From: an uncultured Anaerolineaceae bacterium
GTDB lineage: Bacteria > Chloroflexota > Anaerolineae > Aggregatilineales > Phototrophicaceae
Assembly (NCBI GenBank): GCA_964652205.1
Contig: CAZZAO010000003.1
Span: 15,196 to 79,195 of the forward strand
Direction of reading: 5' to 3'
DNA length: 64,000 nt
Position 1 is the first letter of the stretch; each line of letters begins with the position of its first letter. The notes beneath the pieces are model-generated. The model had not been told where the DNA came from, ran no database searches, and saw only the letters and a list, made by a program, of their open reading frames with translations. The translations under genes and the position numbers were made by a program. Positions 27,222 to 36,652 of this stretch are shown in pieces.

Positions 27222-27256
27222 CAAAAACAACAGCGCGGGGATGATGCCCGCGCTGT
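27222..27256 (-). terminator. Rho-independent terminator after the V4R gene
   Basis: The minus strand reads CAGCGCGGG-CATCATC-CCCGCGCTG followed by TTGTTTTTG, 25 nt after the stop codon. Confidence 0.65.
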
Positions 27257-27280
27257 CGGTGGTGCAGCGGAAAGCCAGCG

Positions 27281-27913
27281 CTAACCTATCGGCTCTTTGT
27301 AGATCACATAGCGGCCAATGTCATCGCCTTTGGCGATGCAGGTCGCCATATCGACCTTGAATTCGTGGCCGCCGGACACCCAACCAAGCCCTTCCTGCAG
27401 CAGCCCCTGGCCGGCGAAGCAGACCGGCTTATCGGCCTTGCGGTTCCAGCACATCGGGCAGCGCTCAAGCGTGTAGATGATACGGTCGCTGCCTTCATCA
27501 TAGACATTCGAAATCTGATCGGAAAACTGCGAGAAGATGTTCGCCATCGCCGGGACGCCAACCTTGAGCTTGGCATTGAGCGGCAGCACCTTAAACGCCA
27601 GGTCGCCGACGCCCGCCAGCGCGCCGAACGAGCGCAGCGCCTGAGCGAAGGTCGCGCGACCGGCGCGCAGCGCCAGCCCCCGACCGCCGCGCGGCCCATA
27701 CATCTCTTCAAGCGCGACGTTGAGCGCGGTAAACTCGGCGAAGTCGAAGCCCTTTTCGAGATTGTCCGGCGGGTAGTGATCGACGTACTGCTGCAACCCG
27801 GCCAAATTCAGGACGGCATTGAGGCCGTTCTTGCCCATAACATCTTCCATCGCCTCGATGAAGATGCGCGCAAACTTATTCGGGTAATAATATCCACTCT
27901 TTTCAGGTGGCAT
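27281..27913 (-). CDS. V4R (4-vinyl reductase) domain protein / COG1719-like predicted small-molecule-binding protein
   Basis: Start taken at ATG 27913 (MPPEKSGYYYPNKF), with GGGAGGA upstream. The track start at 27988 adds an Arg/Ser-rich extension. The C-terminal ERCPMCWNRKADKPVCFAGQGLLQEGLGWVSGGHEFKVDMATCIAKGDDIGRYVI matches the V4R Cys pattern. Confidence 0.8.
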   Translation of the reverse strand: MPPEKSGYYYPNKFARIFIEAMEDVMGKNGLNAVLNLAGLQQYVDHYPPDNLEKGFDFAEFTALNVALEEMYGPRGGRGLALRAGRATFAQALRSFGALAGVGDLAFKVLPLNAKLKVGVPAMANIFSQFSDQISNVYDEGSDRIIYTLERCPMCWNRKADKPVCFAGQGLLQEGLGWVSGGHEFKVDMATCIAKGDDIGRYVIYKEPIG

Positions 27914-28286
27914 TCTACGGAGTCCTCCCATTCGTGCGCGGCTCGGCGCGGCGTTCGTCGGCGCGCGGGATCGAGCGCGACTTGACACTTGAGGCTAGGT
28001 CAAGTATACGGCAAAACATTCGCTTGCCAACTTAAGATGCCGACGGCTCGGATGACAAATGTCACCTCATGCGCGGGTCAGACCCCGGTGGACGCGGCGC
28101 GAATGCACTTCCGGCGGATGACGCCGCGGTTATTGCGCATGGCAAAACTAAAAGTGAGCAGTCAGTGAAATGCGGATTGTAAACTTTGAGAACAATGCTA
28201 AAGTTTGCATAAGCACCCGACGCTGCGAGATTTGCTTTGACGACCGGGCAAGCGGCACGGTCGCCGTTACCGAACCGAGGTGACAG

Positions 28287-29360
28287 ATGCGATTGAAATC
28301 CCTGATCGGTTTTATGATCCTTGCGCTGAGTCTGAGCATGATTTCCACGGCTTTGGCGCAAAGCCCCAGCGTCGAATGGAGCGCCTGGAACGCGCAGATC
28401 ACAGCGCATCCGGGCAGCGCCCCGCTCGACATCGCCGAGACCCAGATCATTAAGGTGACGGGCGGGACGCTCCACGGCGGGACGCGCAATTTCTCGCAGC
28501 CCGTCAATATCCAGAGCGTCTATCTGGCGCTCAACGGCAGCCAGCCAACTCAGCTTTCACAGGGCAGCAGCCCCGGCAGCTACAGCGTCAGCAGCGCCAA
28601 CGGCGATGTGGTCGTCAATTACGAACTGCCGCGAGCGGCTAACGTCGGCGACAGCTTCGCCGTCCAGATCAACTACACCGTCAACCCGACGACGGCGGGC
28701 CTGATCGACTGGAACGTTGTCCCCGGTACGCATCCCGGCCCGGTCAACAGCAGCAAAGTCACGATCAACTTTCCCGACGGGCAGGCTCCGAGCGCCGATT
28801 TCGTCCGCGTGCCGCAGGGCAGCGGAACTGTCACCGCGTCGGGCAGCAGCATCGTCGTCCAGTCGCAGGGCGTGATTCCCGCCAACCAGCCGTTCGAGAT
28901 TCAACTCCCCTACGGCGCGAACGTCGGCCAACCGGCCAACGGCAACAGCGCCCCGGTGCAGAACGCGCCGGTACAGAATGCCCCGATCCAGAACGCGCCC
29001 GCAAGTGGCGCGACCGGCACGAGCAATGACAGCGGCGGCATCCTCGGCAGCCTCCTGCCGATCCTGTGCATCATCGGCCTGTTAGTGATCTTCGGCGGCA
29101 GCTCGCTGCTGCGCGGCCTGCTCGGCGGCGTTCTGGGCGGCGCGGTCGGGGGCGCGCTCGGCAGGGGCGGCAATTCTGGCGGCGGTATTTTTGGCGGCAG
29201 GGGCGGCAGTTCCGGCGGCGGCATCTTCGGCGGCGGGAGTGGCAATTCCGGCGGCAGCGGGTCGAGCGGGCGTGGCTTCCGCCAGAGCGCCGACCAGAAC
29301 CGGGAAGTGCCGACCATCAACAATGATAAAGAATCCGGCGGCGGCGCGGGCTTCCATTAG
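28287..29360 (+). CDS. DUF2207-like membrane protein (signal peptide, extracytoplasmic beta domain, TM, Gly-rich cytoplasmic tail)
   Basis: 357 aa. Signal peptide MRLKSLIGFMILALSLSMISTALA. (APVQN)3 repeats. TM segment ILGSLLPILCIIGLLVIFGG. The tail is rich in GGxxGG repeats (GGNSGGGIFGGRGGSSGGGIFGGGSGNSGGSGSSG). Confidence 0.75.
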   Translation: MRLKSLIGFMILALSLSMISTALAQSPSVEWSAWNAQITAHPGSAPLDIAETQIIKVTGGTLHGGTRNFSQPVNIQSVYLALNGSQPTQLSQGSSPGSYSVSSANGDVVVNYELPRAANVGDSFAVQINYTVNPTTAGLIDWNVVPGTHPGPVNSSKVTINFPDGQAPSADFVRVPQGSGTVTASGSSIVVQSQGVIPANQPFEIQLPYGANVGQPANGNSAPVQNAPVQNAPIQNAPASGATGTSNDSGGILGSLLPILCIIGLLVIFGGSSLLRGLLGGVLGGAVGGALGRGGNSGGGIFGGRGGSSGGGIFGGGSGNSGGSGSSGRGFRQSADQNREVPTINNDKESGGGAGFH

Positions 29361-29369
29361 AGGCAGGGC

Positions 29370-31160
29370 ATGAAAAACAGATCGCAGCACTTCATCGGCC
29401 TTGTGCCGCTCATCGTCGCGCTTTGTCTTCTGCTGCCGATCTCGCCAGCCTCGGCAGCGACCCGGCTCAACTATAACCAGCCTGCGACCGGCACCCTGAG
29501 CGCCGGTCAGCAGGCCGAGTACACCTTCAGCGGCCAGGCCGGCGACAAGCCGATCATCAGGGCCAACGCCCACGGCGGCGACATCGTCCCTTATGTCGCG
29601 CTCTACGACCCGGCAGGCCATCTGATCGGCGAGGACATCAACGGCGGGCTGAAGGGCAACGCGCTGCTCAAGGGGCAGGTGCTGGCCGCTGACGGGACGT
29701 ATAAGGTGGTGGTCGCCAATAAGGCGCAGAACGGCAGCGGCAATTACAACCTGCTCATCAGCGAGGAACAGCGGCAGGTGTTCTTCGACGGCCCCGCGAC
29801 CGGAACCGGCGGCAAGCAAGCCTACCAGCTTTCGCAGCCGTGGGATCACAGCAATATCACCTACCATATCCTCAACAAGCTGCCGCAGTTTAGCGAGCAG
29901 GAAACCCGCGCCATGTTCGCGCAGGCGTTCCAGTCGTGGGCGAGCCTGTCAACGCTGCGCTTCACCGAAGTGGCCGGACAGGGGGACATCAACATTCAGT
30001 TCGGGCAGATCGACGGGCAGTTGAATATCCTCGGCGAAACCTGCCCGCCCTATCAGCCGTGCGATTCCGGCAGCGTGACCTTCGACAGCGACGAGAACTG
30101 GACGCTCGGCCAGCCGACCGGCTTCGGCGATATTTCGCTGCTCGGCGTCGCCAGCCACGAATTCGGTCACGCCATCGGGATGCTGCATACCGACGACCAG
30201 AACGCGCTGATGTTCCCGGAATACAGCCCCTACGTGCTCGCGCCCTCGCAGGACGATGCGGCAGGCGTGGCGCGGCTTTACGGCCCCGGCAACGGCACGG
30301 TTTCCAATCCGCCGGTCGGCAGCAATCCGCCATCGACCAACCCGAACCAGATGCAGGTGACGGACAGCCTCGACAACTCGCACTATACGACTTTCTGGGA
30401 TTTTGACGTGGTCGCGGGCGACACGGCGACGATCACCATGAGCGCGACGCAGGGCGACCTCGACTCGTTCCTCGTGCTGCTCGACGCCAACAATCAGGTG
30501 ATCGCCTACGACGACGACAGCGGCGGTGGCCGGAACGCGGCGCTGGCGAATCTGAAGTTCCCGTATGCCGGGACGTACACCGTCGCAGCAACGCGCTACT
30601 TGCAGGCGCAGGGCTACACCGCCGGAAGCTACCGGCTGTCGATCCAGTACGACGTTGGCGCAGGACAGAACACTGTCCCGGCGACGACCGTCGCCAGCGC
30701 GCCGCCGGTCAGCGGCACGGGCGGCGTGCAGGCCAGCGCCGGTCAGCCGTCGCAGCTTCAGCAGCTTCCCTCACTCGACAGCGTCCTGACGAGCGCCTTC
30801 GCCGACAGCGCCTCACCGGGCAAGCAAACGCGGCAAGGCACGGTCAGCGCCGGTCAGTCGTATAGCTGGCAGCAGAACTGGTGCGCCACGAACTCGCCAA
30901 CGCTTGCGGCCAATCTCCAGCAGATCAGCGCGACATTCGCTATCAACGGCCAGCCCGTCAGTCCGAGCGCCGTCTCACAGACGAGCGCAGCCAACGCGCC
31001 CTATCAGTGTCAGGTGTTCTTCGTCGTGCTGTCGAACTGGACGCGCGGCAGCGTCACCCTGACGACGACGCTGACGCTCAGGGGCGCGGTCTTTGACGGC
31101 GAGACTATCTATCCCGCTGGAGACTACGTCACCGAGTATCAGCTTCAGGCGAGCGGATAA
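29370..31160 (+). CDS. Secreted matrixin-type (M10) zinc metalloprotease with pre-peptidase C-terminal (PPC)-like beta domains
   Basis: 596 aa with a signal peptide. Zinc motif HEFGHAIGMLH plus a Met-turn region (ALMFP). PPC-like segments lie N-terminal (YNQPATGTLSAGQQAEYTFSG...YNLLIS) and C-terminal (DFDVVAGDTATITMS...GSYRLSI). It starts 9 nt after the DUF2207-like gene. Confidence 0.9.
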   Translation: MKNRSQHFIGLVPLIVALCLLLPISPASAATRLNYNQPATGTLSAGQQAEYTFSGQAGDKPIIRANAHGGDIVPYVALYDPAGHLIGEDINGGLKGNALLKGQVLAADGTYKVVVANKAQNGSGNYNLLISEEQRQVFFDGPATGTGGKQAYQLSQPWDHSNITYHILNKLPQFSEQETRAMFAQAFQSWASLSTLRFTEVAGQGDINIQFGQIDGQLNILGETCPPYQPCDSGSVTFDSDENWTLGQPTGFGDISLLGVASHEFGHAIGMLHTDDQNALMFPEYSPYVLAPSQDDAAGVARLYGPGNGTVSNPPVGSNPPSTNPNQMQVTDSLDNSHYTTFWDFDVVAGDTATITMSATQGDLDSFLVLLDANNQVIAYDDDSGGGRNAALANLKFPYAGTYTVAATRYLQAQGYTAGSYRLSIQYDVGAGQNTVPATTVASAPPVSGTGGVQASAGQPSQLQQLPSLDSVLTSAFADSASPGKQTRQGTVSAGQSYSWQQNWCATNSPTLAANLQQISATFAINGQPVSPSAVSQTSAANAPYQCQVFFVVLSNWTRGSVTLTTTLTLRGAVFDGETIYPAGDYVTEYQLQASG

Positions 31161-31194
31161 GCCAGCGCAAAAATGAGCCAACCGCGCTCAACCT

Positions 31195-32205
31195 TCAGGG
31201 ACGGTTGCTGACCGAGATAATTTCGGCCATGACGGCGAGGGCGATCTCTTCGGGCGATTTGGCGCCAATCGAGAGGCCAATCGGCGCGTGCAGGCGGGCG
31301 AAGTCCTGATCGGTCAGGCCGCGCTGGCGCAGTCGTTCGAGGCGCAGCGCGTGGGTGCGCCTGCTGCCAAGCACGCCGATGTAAGCCGCATCGCTCCTGA
31401 GCGCAAACTCAAGCGCCGGATCGTCGATCTTGGGATCGTGAGTCAGCAGGGCGAGAAAGGTATTCCGCCCGACCGGTATTGAGGCAAGCGCGCGGTCGGG
31501 ATACTCATGGATGAGGGTTACGCCGGGGAACCGTTCGGCGGTCGCAAATGCCTGACGCGGGTCGATCAGCGTGACGGCCATGCCGAGCACGCGCGCATAC
31601 TGGCTGAGGGCGATAGCGATGTGAACGCCGCCCACCATAATCAGATGCCGCTGTTCCTGCGCCGGGTCAATCATGACAGCGCAGCCGAGCAGCGACTCCC
31701 GCCCCGGCGTCGCCTGATGGGGCGCGTCGGCCAGCGCCCTGACCTGCGCGTCGGGCAGGATGGCGTTCGCGTAAACGAGGCTGCCGCGCTGGTCGAGCGC
31801 CAGTTTCGCGCCCGCCGCCGCCCCTTCGACGACCGTCAGGGTGGTCAGGGCCGGGTGAGCAGCGGCAGCGCGCCACCAGGCGGTATCCAGCGGCTCGACC
31901 CAGATGCTGATTTCGCCGCCGCACGAGAGGCCCACGTCCCACGCCTGTTGATCGCTGACGCCGAAATGCAGCAGGCGCGCCTGGCTATCAGCCAGCACCT
32001 CAAGCGCCTGATCGACCACGGCGGCCTCGACGCAGCCGCCGCTGACCGAGCCGATCATCTGCATATCGGCGCTGACGGCCATTTTCGCTCCGGCCTGACG
32101 CGGCGCTGACCCCCACGTTTCGACCACGGTAGCGAGCGCAACCGGTTTGCCAGCGGCCAGCCACTGATCGACGGTTTCTACAAGCTCACGCATTGTGTTA
32201 GCCAC
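31195..32205 (-). CDS. XdhC/CoxI-family molybdenum-hydroxylase maturation (accessory) protein
   Basis: 336 aa. N-terminal XdhC_CoxI motif (KPVALATVVETWGSAPRQAGAKMAV...GSVSGGCVE) and a Rossmann-like C-domain (HLIMVGGVHIAIALSQYARVLGMAVTLIDPR). Confidence 0.9.
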   Translation of the reverse strand: MANTMRELVETVDQWLAAGKPVALATVVETWGSAPRQAGAKMAVSADMQMIGSVSGGCVEAAVVDQALEVLADSQARLLHFGVSDQQAWDVGLSCGGEISIWVEPLDTAWWRAAAAHPALTTLTVVEGAAAGAKLALDQRGSLVYANAILPDAQVRALADAPHQATPGRESLLGCAVMIDPAQEQRHLIMVGGVHIAIALSQYARVLGMAVTLIDPRQAFATAERFPGVTLIHEYPDRALASIPVGRNTFLALLTHDPKIDDPALEFALRSDAAYIGVLGSRRTHALRLERLRQRGLTDQDFARLHAPIGLSIGAKSPEEIALAVMAEIISVSNRP

Positions 32206-32324
32206 TCACTCATTGCAGGATACTCGTATGATAGCGAGATTGCCCCGGTTACGACACAGACCATCTGCCCTTCGTTATGGTCTTAATGCGCGTCGGCCTT
32301 TGTTTCCTAAAGTCATGAACGCGC

Positions 32325-32330
32325 TATAAT
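32325..32330 (+). promoter_or_regulatory. Putative -10 hexamer (TATAAT) for the Mo-hydroxylase operon
   Basis: Consensus hexamer about 55 nt upstream of the first NTF2-like gene. Motif only. Confidence 0.3.
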
Positions 32331-32384
32331 AACGGCGAACTTCCACTTGTAATACGGTCTTTTCAGGCGCTATGCCGATTGGAG

Positions 32385-32753
32385 ATGCAAATCGTGGCCG
32401 ATAAAGAAGCAATGAAAGCATTTTATGACCGCCAGCTCGATTTTATCGCCAGGAAAGACATCGAAGGGCTGATCGACAACCAGTACACCCCGGACGCCGA
32501 GCTGCTGAATTTTGATTACTATATCAAGGGCGAGAAGGCGCTGAAGGACTATTTCCGCAGTTACATCGACGGCCTCGGCTACATTAAGCTGATCTCGACC
32601 GACAAGTTCTCGGTCGGCGACGACTCGATGATGTTCGAATCGACGGTTGAGGTCGCTGGCGGAATCGCCAGAGTTTATGATGTGATGCTGATGCGCGACG
32701 GCAAGATCTGGCGACACTTCGCCGGGCTGCTCGGTTTCACGCCGAAGTCGTAG
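32385..32753 (+). CDS. NTF2/SnoaL-like small protein (module N1 of three paralogues)
   Basis: About 120 aa. KAFYDRQLDFIARKDIEGLIDNQYTPDAELLNFDYYIKGEKALKDYF...STDKF...FESTVEV...RVYDVMLMRDGKIWRHF aligns position by position with the C-terminal half of the 32949 gene product and with the 33773 gene product. The start is uncertain: TTG 32379, ATG 32385 or GTG 32394. Confidence 0.8.
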   Translation: MQIVADKEAMKAFYDRQLDFIARKDIEGLIDNQYTPDAELLNFDYYIKGEKALKDYFRSYIDGLGYIKLISTDKFSVGDDSMMFESTVEVAGGIARVYDVMLMRDGKIWRHFAGLLGFTPKS

Positions 32754-32948
32754 AGCAACCTCTCCCTCACCCCAACCTCTGGTCAGGCCCGCTGCGCGGC
32801 ACGAGCGAAGCCCTAACCACTTCGTCTCCCGGCGGGAGAGGGGCTTCATTTCCCCTCTCCCGGCATCGAGTCAGGTCACGGCAGGCTGGCCGATGGACGG
32901 GTGATTGAGAGAGCCTCATCGTTCGCTGATTGAAGAACGAGGAACGTT

Positions 32949-33758
32949 ATGCAGGTATCTGTAACGGTCAATAATCAGACGCACAGCGCCGAGGTTGAGC
33001 CGCGGCTGCTGCTGGTCGACTTTCTGCGCGAGCAGGTCGGGCTAACCGGCACAAAGGTGGGCTGCGATACCGGCCAGTGCGGCGCGTGCGTCGTGCTGAT
33101 GGACGGCGTCTCGGTCAAGAGCTGCGCGCTGATCGCCGCGCAGGCCGACGGCAGCACGATCACAACCATCGAAGGTGTGTCGGCGATGGGCCATCTGAAC
33201 GCATTGCAGGCCGGTTTTCAGGCGATGCACGCCGTCCAATGCGGCTTCTGCACTCCCGGCATGATGATGTCACTCTCCGACCTGATCGAGCGCAGCCCGA
33301 ACGCGACTGAGCCGGAAATCCGCGAATGGCTGGCTGGCAACCTGTGCCGCTGCACCGGCTACGAGAACGTCATCCGCGCAGTCGAAGCGTCACGCAGTAT
33401 CGCAGCCAACCCGGCGCATATGCTGCCGGATTCCACCTTCAAAGTCCTGTACGAGCAGCAGGTCATAGCGATGCAGTCAGGCGACATCGACGCCTGGGCT
33501 GAGTTCTACAGTGACGACATCATCCTGACCACCTTCGAGGGCGTCATCAGCGGTAAGGAAGCGCTCAAGGGCTACTTCGCCGACTATCTGAACCAGCGGC
33601 GCAGCATCGAGATTCTCTCGACCGACCGATTCATCGAAGCGCCGAACGCCTTCTATGTCGAAGCGACCGTGCGGGTCGATGGCAAGGTGACGCACATCTA
33701 CAACGAGTTCGTCGTCCAGTCCGGCAAGATCACGCATCAGTTCGCCAGCGTGAAATAA
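32949..33758 (+). CDS. Mo-hydroxylase small [2Fe-2S] subunit (CoxS/XdhC-small-type) fused to a C-terminal NTF2/SnoaL-like module (N2)
   Basis: 269 aa. Residues 1 to about 158 carry both 2Fe-2S motifs ([12 protein letters not shown]... and [12 protein letters not shown]...LCRCTGY). Residues about 165-269 are paralogous to N1 and N3 (KVLYEQQV...GKEALKGYF...STDRF...[29 protein letters not shown]). Confidence 0.9.
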   Translation: MQVSVTVNNQTHSAEVEPRLLLVDFLREQVGLTGTKVGCDTGQCGACVVLMDGVSVKSCALIAAQADGSTITTIEGVSAMGHLNALQAGFQAMHAVQCGFCTPGMMMSLSDLIERSPNATEPEIREWLAGNLCRCTGYENVIRAVEASRSIAANPAHMLPDSTFKVLYEQQVIAMQSGDIDAWAEFYSDDIILTTFEGVISGKEALKGYFADYLNQRRSIEILSTDRFIEAPNAFYVEATVRVDGKVTHIYNEFVVQSGKITHQFASVK

Positions 33759-33772
33759 GCGGGAGCAGAAGC

Positions 33773-34186
33773 ATGATTGTTGTGAGCAACACCCCGGCTC
33801 CGCTGCAATTTGACCCGAACAGCCGGATTAAAATCGCCATCGACACGCCCCGGAAGGCGTTCTACGAGGAACACGTCCGCTACCTCGACGCCGGAGACTT
33901 CCGCCAACTGGTGGAAACGCATTACGCCGCAGACGCCATCGTTATGTCAACCGAGTACGTCGTCGTGGGGCGCGAGGCGCTGTTACGCCACTTCGCCAAG
34001 TACACCGGGCTGATGGCGCATCTCTCGGTCGTAACGACCGATAAATGGATCGAGTCGGAAACTACGTTCGCCTTCGAGGCGACGTCGCGCACCCAGTGGG
34101 GGCTATCGCGCGTACACGATGCTTTTGTCCTGCGCGACGGCCTGATTTACCGCCACTTCACCGGCAGCATCCCCATGGTGCGCTAG
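33773..34186 (+). CDS. NTF2/SnoaL-like small protein (module N3)
   Basis: 137 aa. KAFYEEHVRYLDAGDFRQLVETHYAADAIVM...GREALLRHF...TTDKW...FEATSRT...RVHDAFVLRDGLIYRHF. Confidence 0.8.
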   Translation: MIVVSNTPAPLQFDPNSRIKIAIDTPRKAFYEEHVRYLDAGDFRQLVETHYAADAIVMSTEYVVVGREALLRHFAKYTGLMAHLSVVTTDKWIESETTFAFEATSRTQWGLSRVHDAFVLRDGLIYRHFTGSIPMVR

Positions 34187-34202
34187 ACGAGGAATAACCC
34201 TG

Positions 34203-36596
34203 ATGGCTGAACACGTCTTTGGAAAGCCCGTCAAGCGCAAGGAAGACCCGGCAATGCTTCAGGGCCACGCGCCCTTCATCGCCGACATCACTCTGCCGAA
34301 CATGGCGTACATGGAAATCCTGCGCAGCCCGCACGCGCACGCGCGCATTCTCTCGGTCGATACGTCGGCAGCGGAAAAGATGCCCGGCGTCCTCAAGGTC
34401 ATCACCGGCAAGGATTTGATTGGTCGCATGAGGCCGCTGCCGTGCGTCTGGATTCCCGGCGGCGTCGAGAGCCATTTCCCGCTGCATCCGCAGAACGTCC
34501 CCGGCGCAGGGATGCCGCTGCAATCCGAAAAAGTCCTGTTCATCGGCGACGGGGTGGCGGCGATTGTGGCCGAGACTCGCTATCAGGCGCAGGACGCCCT
34601 GAGCGCGATCAAGGTCGAGTATGAGGTGCTGGAAGCCGTCACGCAGGCCGATCTGGCGGTCGCTGACGGCGCGCCGCAGCTTCACGACGTCGTGCCGAAC
34701 AACCTCAATGCCTACTGGACGTGCGGCGACCCGGCAGCGACCGATCAGGCGATCAAACAGGCCGAAGTGGTCGTCGATATCGACATCCTCAACCAGCGCA
34801 CGATCAACAGCCCGATTGAGCCGCGCGGCGCGGTCGGGGCCTACGACGCGGTCACGGGGGATTTCACGCTGTACGCCAGCACCCAGTCCCCGCACAACCA
34901 CCGCCTGATCCTGTGCTTTTACGTCCTCAACCTGCCGCTGAACAGGCTGCGGGTGATTTCGCCGACGGTGGGCGGCAGCTTCGGCACCAAAGGTTATGTC
35001 TACCCGGATATGCCGCTGGTGCTGTTTCTGGCGCGCGAACTGAACCGCCCGATCAAGTGGGTCGACTCGCGGGAAGGCTATATGCGCTCGACCGTCCAGG
35101 GCCGCGATCACAAGCAGCACGCACAGATGGCCGGAACGCGCGACGGCAAAATTACCGCGCTGCGCTGCACCAGCTACGCCAATCTCGGCGCGTACCCATC
35201 GACCATCGGCCCCGGCGTCGCCACCGCCATGATGGGCCGCAGCATCACCGGCTCCTACGCCATCCCTGACGCTTTCTGCGAGGTCTACGCCGCCTTTACC
35301 AACGTCGTGCCGCTGGGCGCGCAGCGCGGCTCCGGGCGCGCGGAAGCGACCTTCATGGTGGAAAGGCTGATCGATCTGTACGCCGCCGAAATCGGCATCG
35401 ACCCGGCGGAAGTCCGACTGAAGAACATGGTGCAGCCCGAACAGATGCCGTATGACAACGGCCTCGGCTGGCTGTATGACTCCGGCGATTACCCGCGCCT
35501 GCTGAAGCGCGCGCTGGAGATGGCGGGCTACGCCGGCATCCCGGCACTCAAGGAAGAAGCAAAAAGACGCGGCAAGCGGCTCGGCGTGGGCATGGCGAGT
35601 TTCGTCGCCGTCAGCGGCGTCGGCCCTTCCCCACGGATGGCGAAGGAAGGGATGCTCGGCGGGACGTGGGAAGCAGCCAGCATTCGCATCGAACCCACCG
35701 GGGAAGTGGTCTGCACGGTCGGCTCGAAGCCGCACGGCCAGTCGCATGACACGGTGTTCGCGCAGATCGTGGCCGACCAACTGAGCATCCCGGTCGAACG
35801 GATTATCGTTCGCCATTCGGATACGGTCGGGACGCCGTTCGGTCAGGGCAGCTACGGCAGCCGCTCGTTCAGCATGGCTGGCCCGGCGCTGTACATCACC
35901 GCCGAAAAGCTGATCCAGAAAGCCTGCGTCGCGGCGGCGCATCTCCTCAAAGCCGACCCGGCGGAACTGGAGTTCGAGAACAGCCGCTTTTATGTCCGCA
36001 GCGATCTGAGTCGCGGCATCACCCTGCTGGAAACTTCGCTGGCGCTGTTTTACGCCTGGGATATCCCCGCCGGTGTCGAACCCTGTCTGGAAGCGACGAC
36101 CTTCTGGGACGCGCCTGACTTTAATTACCCGAACGGCGCGCAGGTGGCTATCGTCGAGATCGACGAGGAGAGCGGCGAGATCGAACTCAAGCGGCATATC
36201 GCCGTCAGCGACGTCGGCACTATCGGCAACCCGATGGTGATCGAGGGACAAATTCAGGGCGGCATCGTCCACGGGCTGGGACAGGCGCTGTTCGAGCAGG
36301 CGATCTACGATGAGGAAGGCCATCTGTTGAGTAACTCGCTCGAAAACTACGCCCTGCCGAAAGCGCCGGGGCTGCCGCACTTTGAACTGGACTACGTGAT
36401 GACGCCGACGCAGCATAACCCGCTCGGCTCAAAGGGCGCGGGCGAAGTCGGCACGGTCGGCGCGACGGCGGCGATTGGCAACGCCGTCTGCGACGCGCTG
36501 CGCGACTATGGCGTTAAACATCTGGACATGCCGTACACGCCGGAAAAGCTCTGGCACGCCATGCAGGCCCTGCCTTCACCCCCGGCCTCTGGTTAG
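34203..36596 (+). CDS. Mo-hydroxylase large molybdopterin-binding subunit (xanthine dehydrogenase/CoxL family; substrate unknown)
   Basis: 797 aa. Typical N-terminal a/b hammerhead (GKPVKRKEDPAMLQG...YMEILRSPHAHARI). The active-site loop reads GAQRGSGR where family members usually have GAYRG(A/P)G(R). The C-terminal catalytic-Glu motif GSKGAGEVG is present. The form-I CODH AYxCSFR motif is absent. Confidence 0.95.
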   Translation: MAEHVFGKPVKRKEDPAMLQGHAPFIADITLPNMAYMEILRSPHAHARILSVDTSAAEKMPGVLKVITGKDLIGRMRPLPCVWIPGGVESHFPLHPQNVPGAGMPLQSEKVLFIGDGVAAIVAETRYQAQDALSAIKVEYEVLEAVTQADLAVADGAPQLHDVVPNNLNAYWTCGDPAATDQAIKQAEVVVDIDILNQRTINSPIEPRGAVGAYDAVTGDFTLYASTQSPHNHRLILCFYVLNLPLNRLRVISPTVGGSFGTKGYVYPDMPLVLFLARELNRPIKWVDSREGYMRSTVQGRDHKQHAQMAGTRDGKITALRCTSYANLGAYPSTIGPGVATAMMGRSITGSYAIPDAFCEVYAAFTNVVPLGAQRGSGRAEATFMVERLIDLYAAEIGIDPAEVRLKNMVQPEQMPYDNGLGWLYDSGDYPRLLKRALEMAGYAGIPALKEEAKRRGKRLGVGMASFVAVSGVGPSPRMAKEGMLGGTWEAASIRIEPTGEVVCTVGSKPHGQSHDTVFAQIVADQLSIPVERIIVRHSDTVGTPFGQGSYGSRSFSMAGPALYITAEKLIQKACVAAAHLLKADPAELEFENSRFYVRSDLSRGITLLETSLALFYAWDIPAGVEPCLEATTFWDAPDFNYPNGAQVAIVEIDEESGEIELKRHIAVSDVGTIGNPMVIEGQIQGGIVHGLGQALFEQAIYDEEGHLLSNSLENYALPKAPGLPHFELDYVMTPTQHNPLGSKGAGEVGTVGATAAIGNAVCDALRDYGVKHLDMPYTPEKLWHAMQALPSPPASG

Positions 36597-36652
36597 GCCC
36601 GGTCGGCGCTACCTGATCTAAGGTTCAAACCCTTCGGACGGAGGACGTTGGT

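Noticed and set aside
28026-28206. Second full copy of the 49542..49679 inverted-repeat element upstream of the DUF2207-like gene
   Set aside because: Only one 11-nt core (GCCAACTTAAG) matches exactly. The putative partner (CTAAAGTTTGC at about 28196) matches 9 of 11, and the interior is unrelated. At most this is a decayed or solo end.
34203-36596. Annotation as aerobic carbon monoxide dehydrogenase large subunit (CoxL form I)
   Set aside because: The form-I active-site signature AYxCSFR is absent, and the loop reads GAQRGSGR. Only the generic Mo-hydroxylase family call is supportable.
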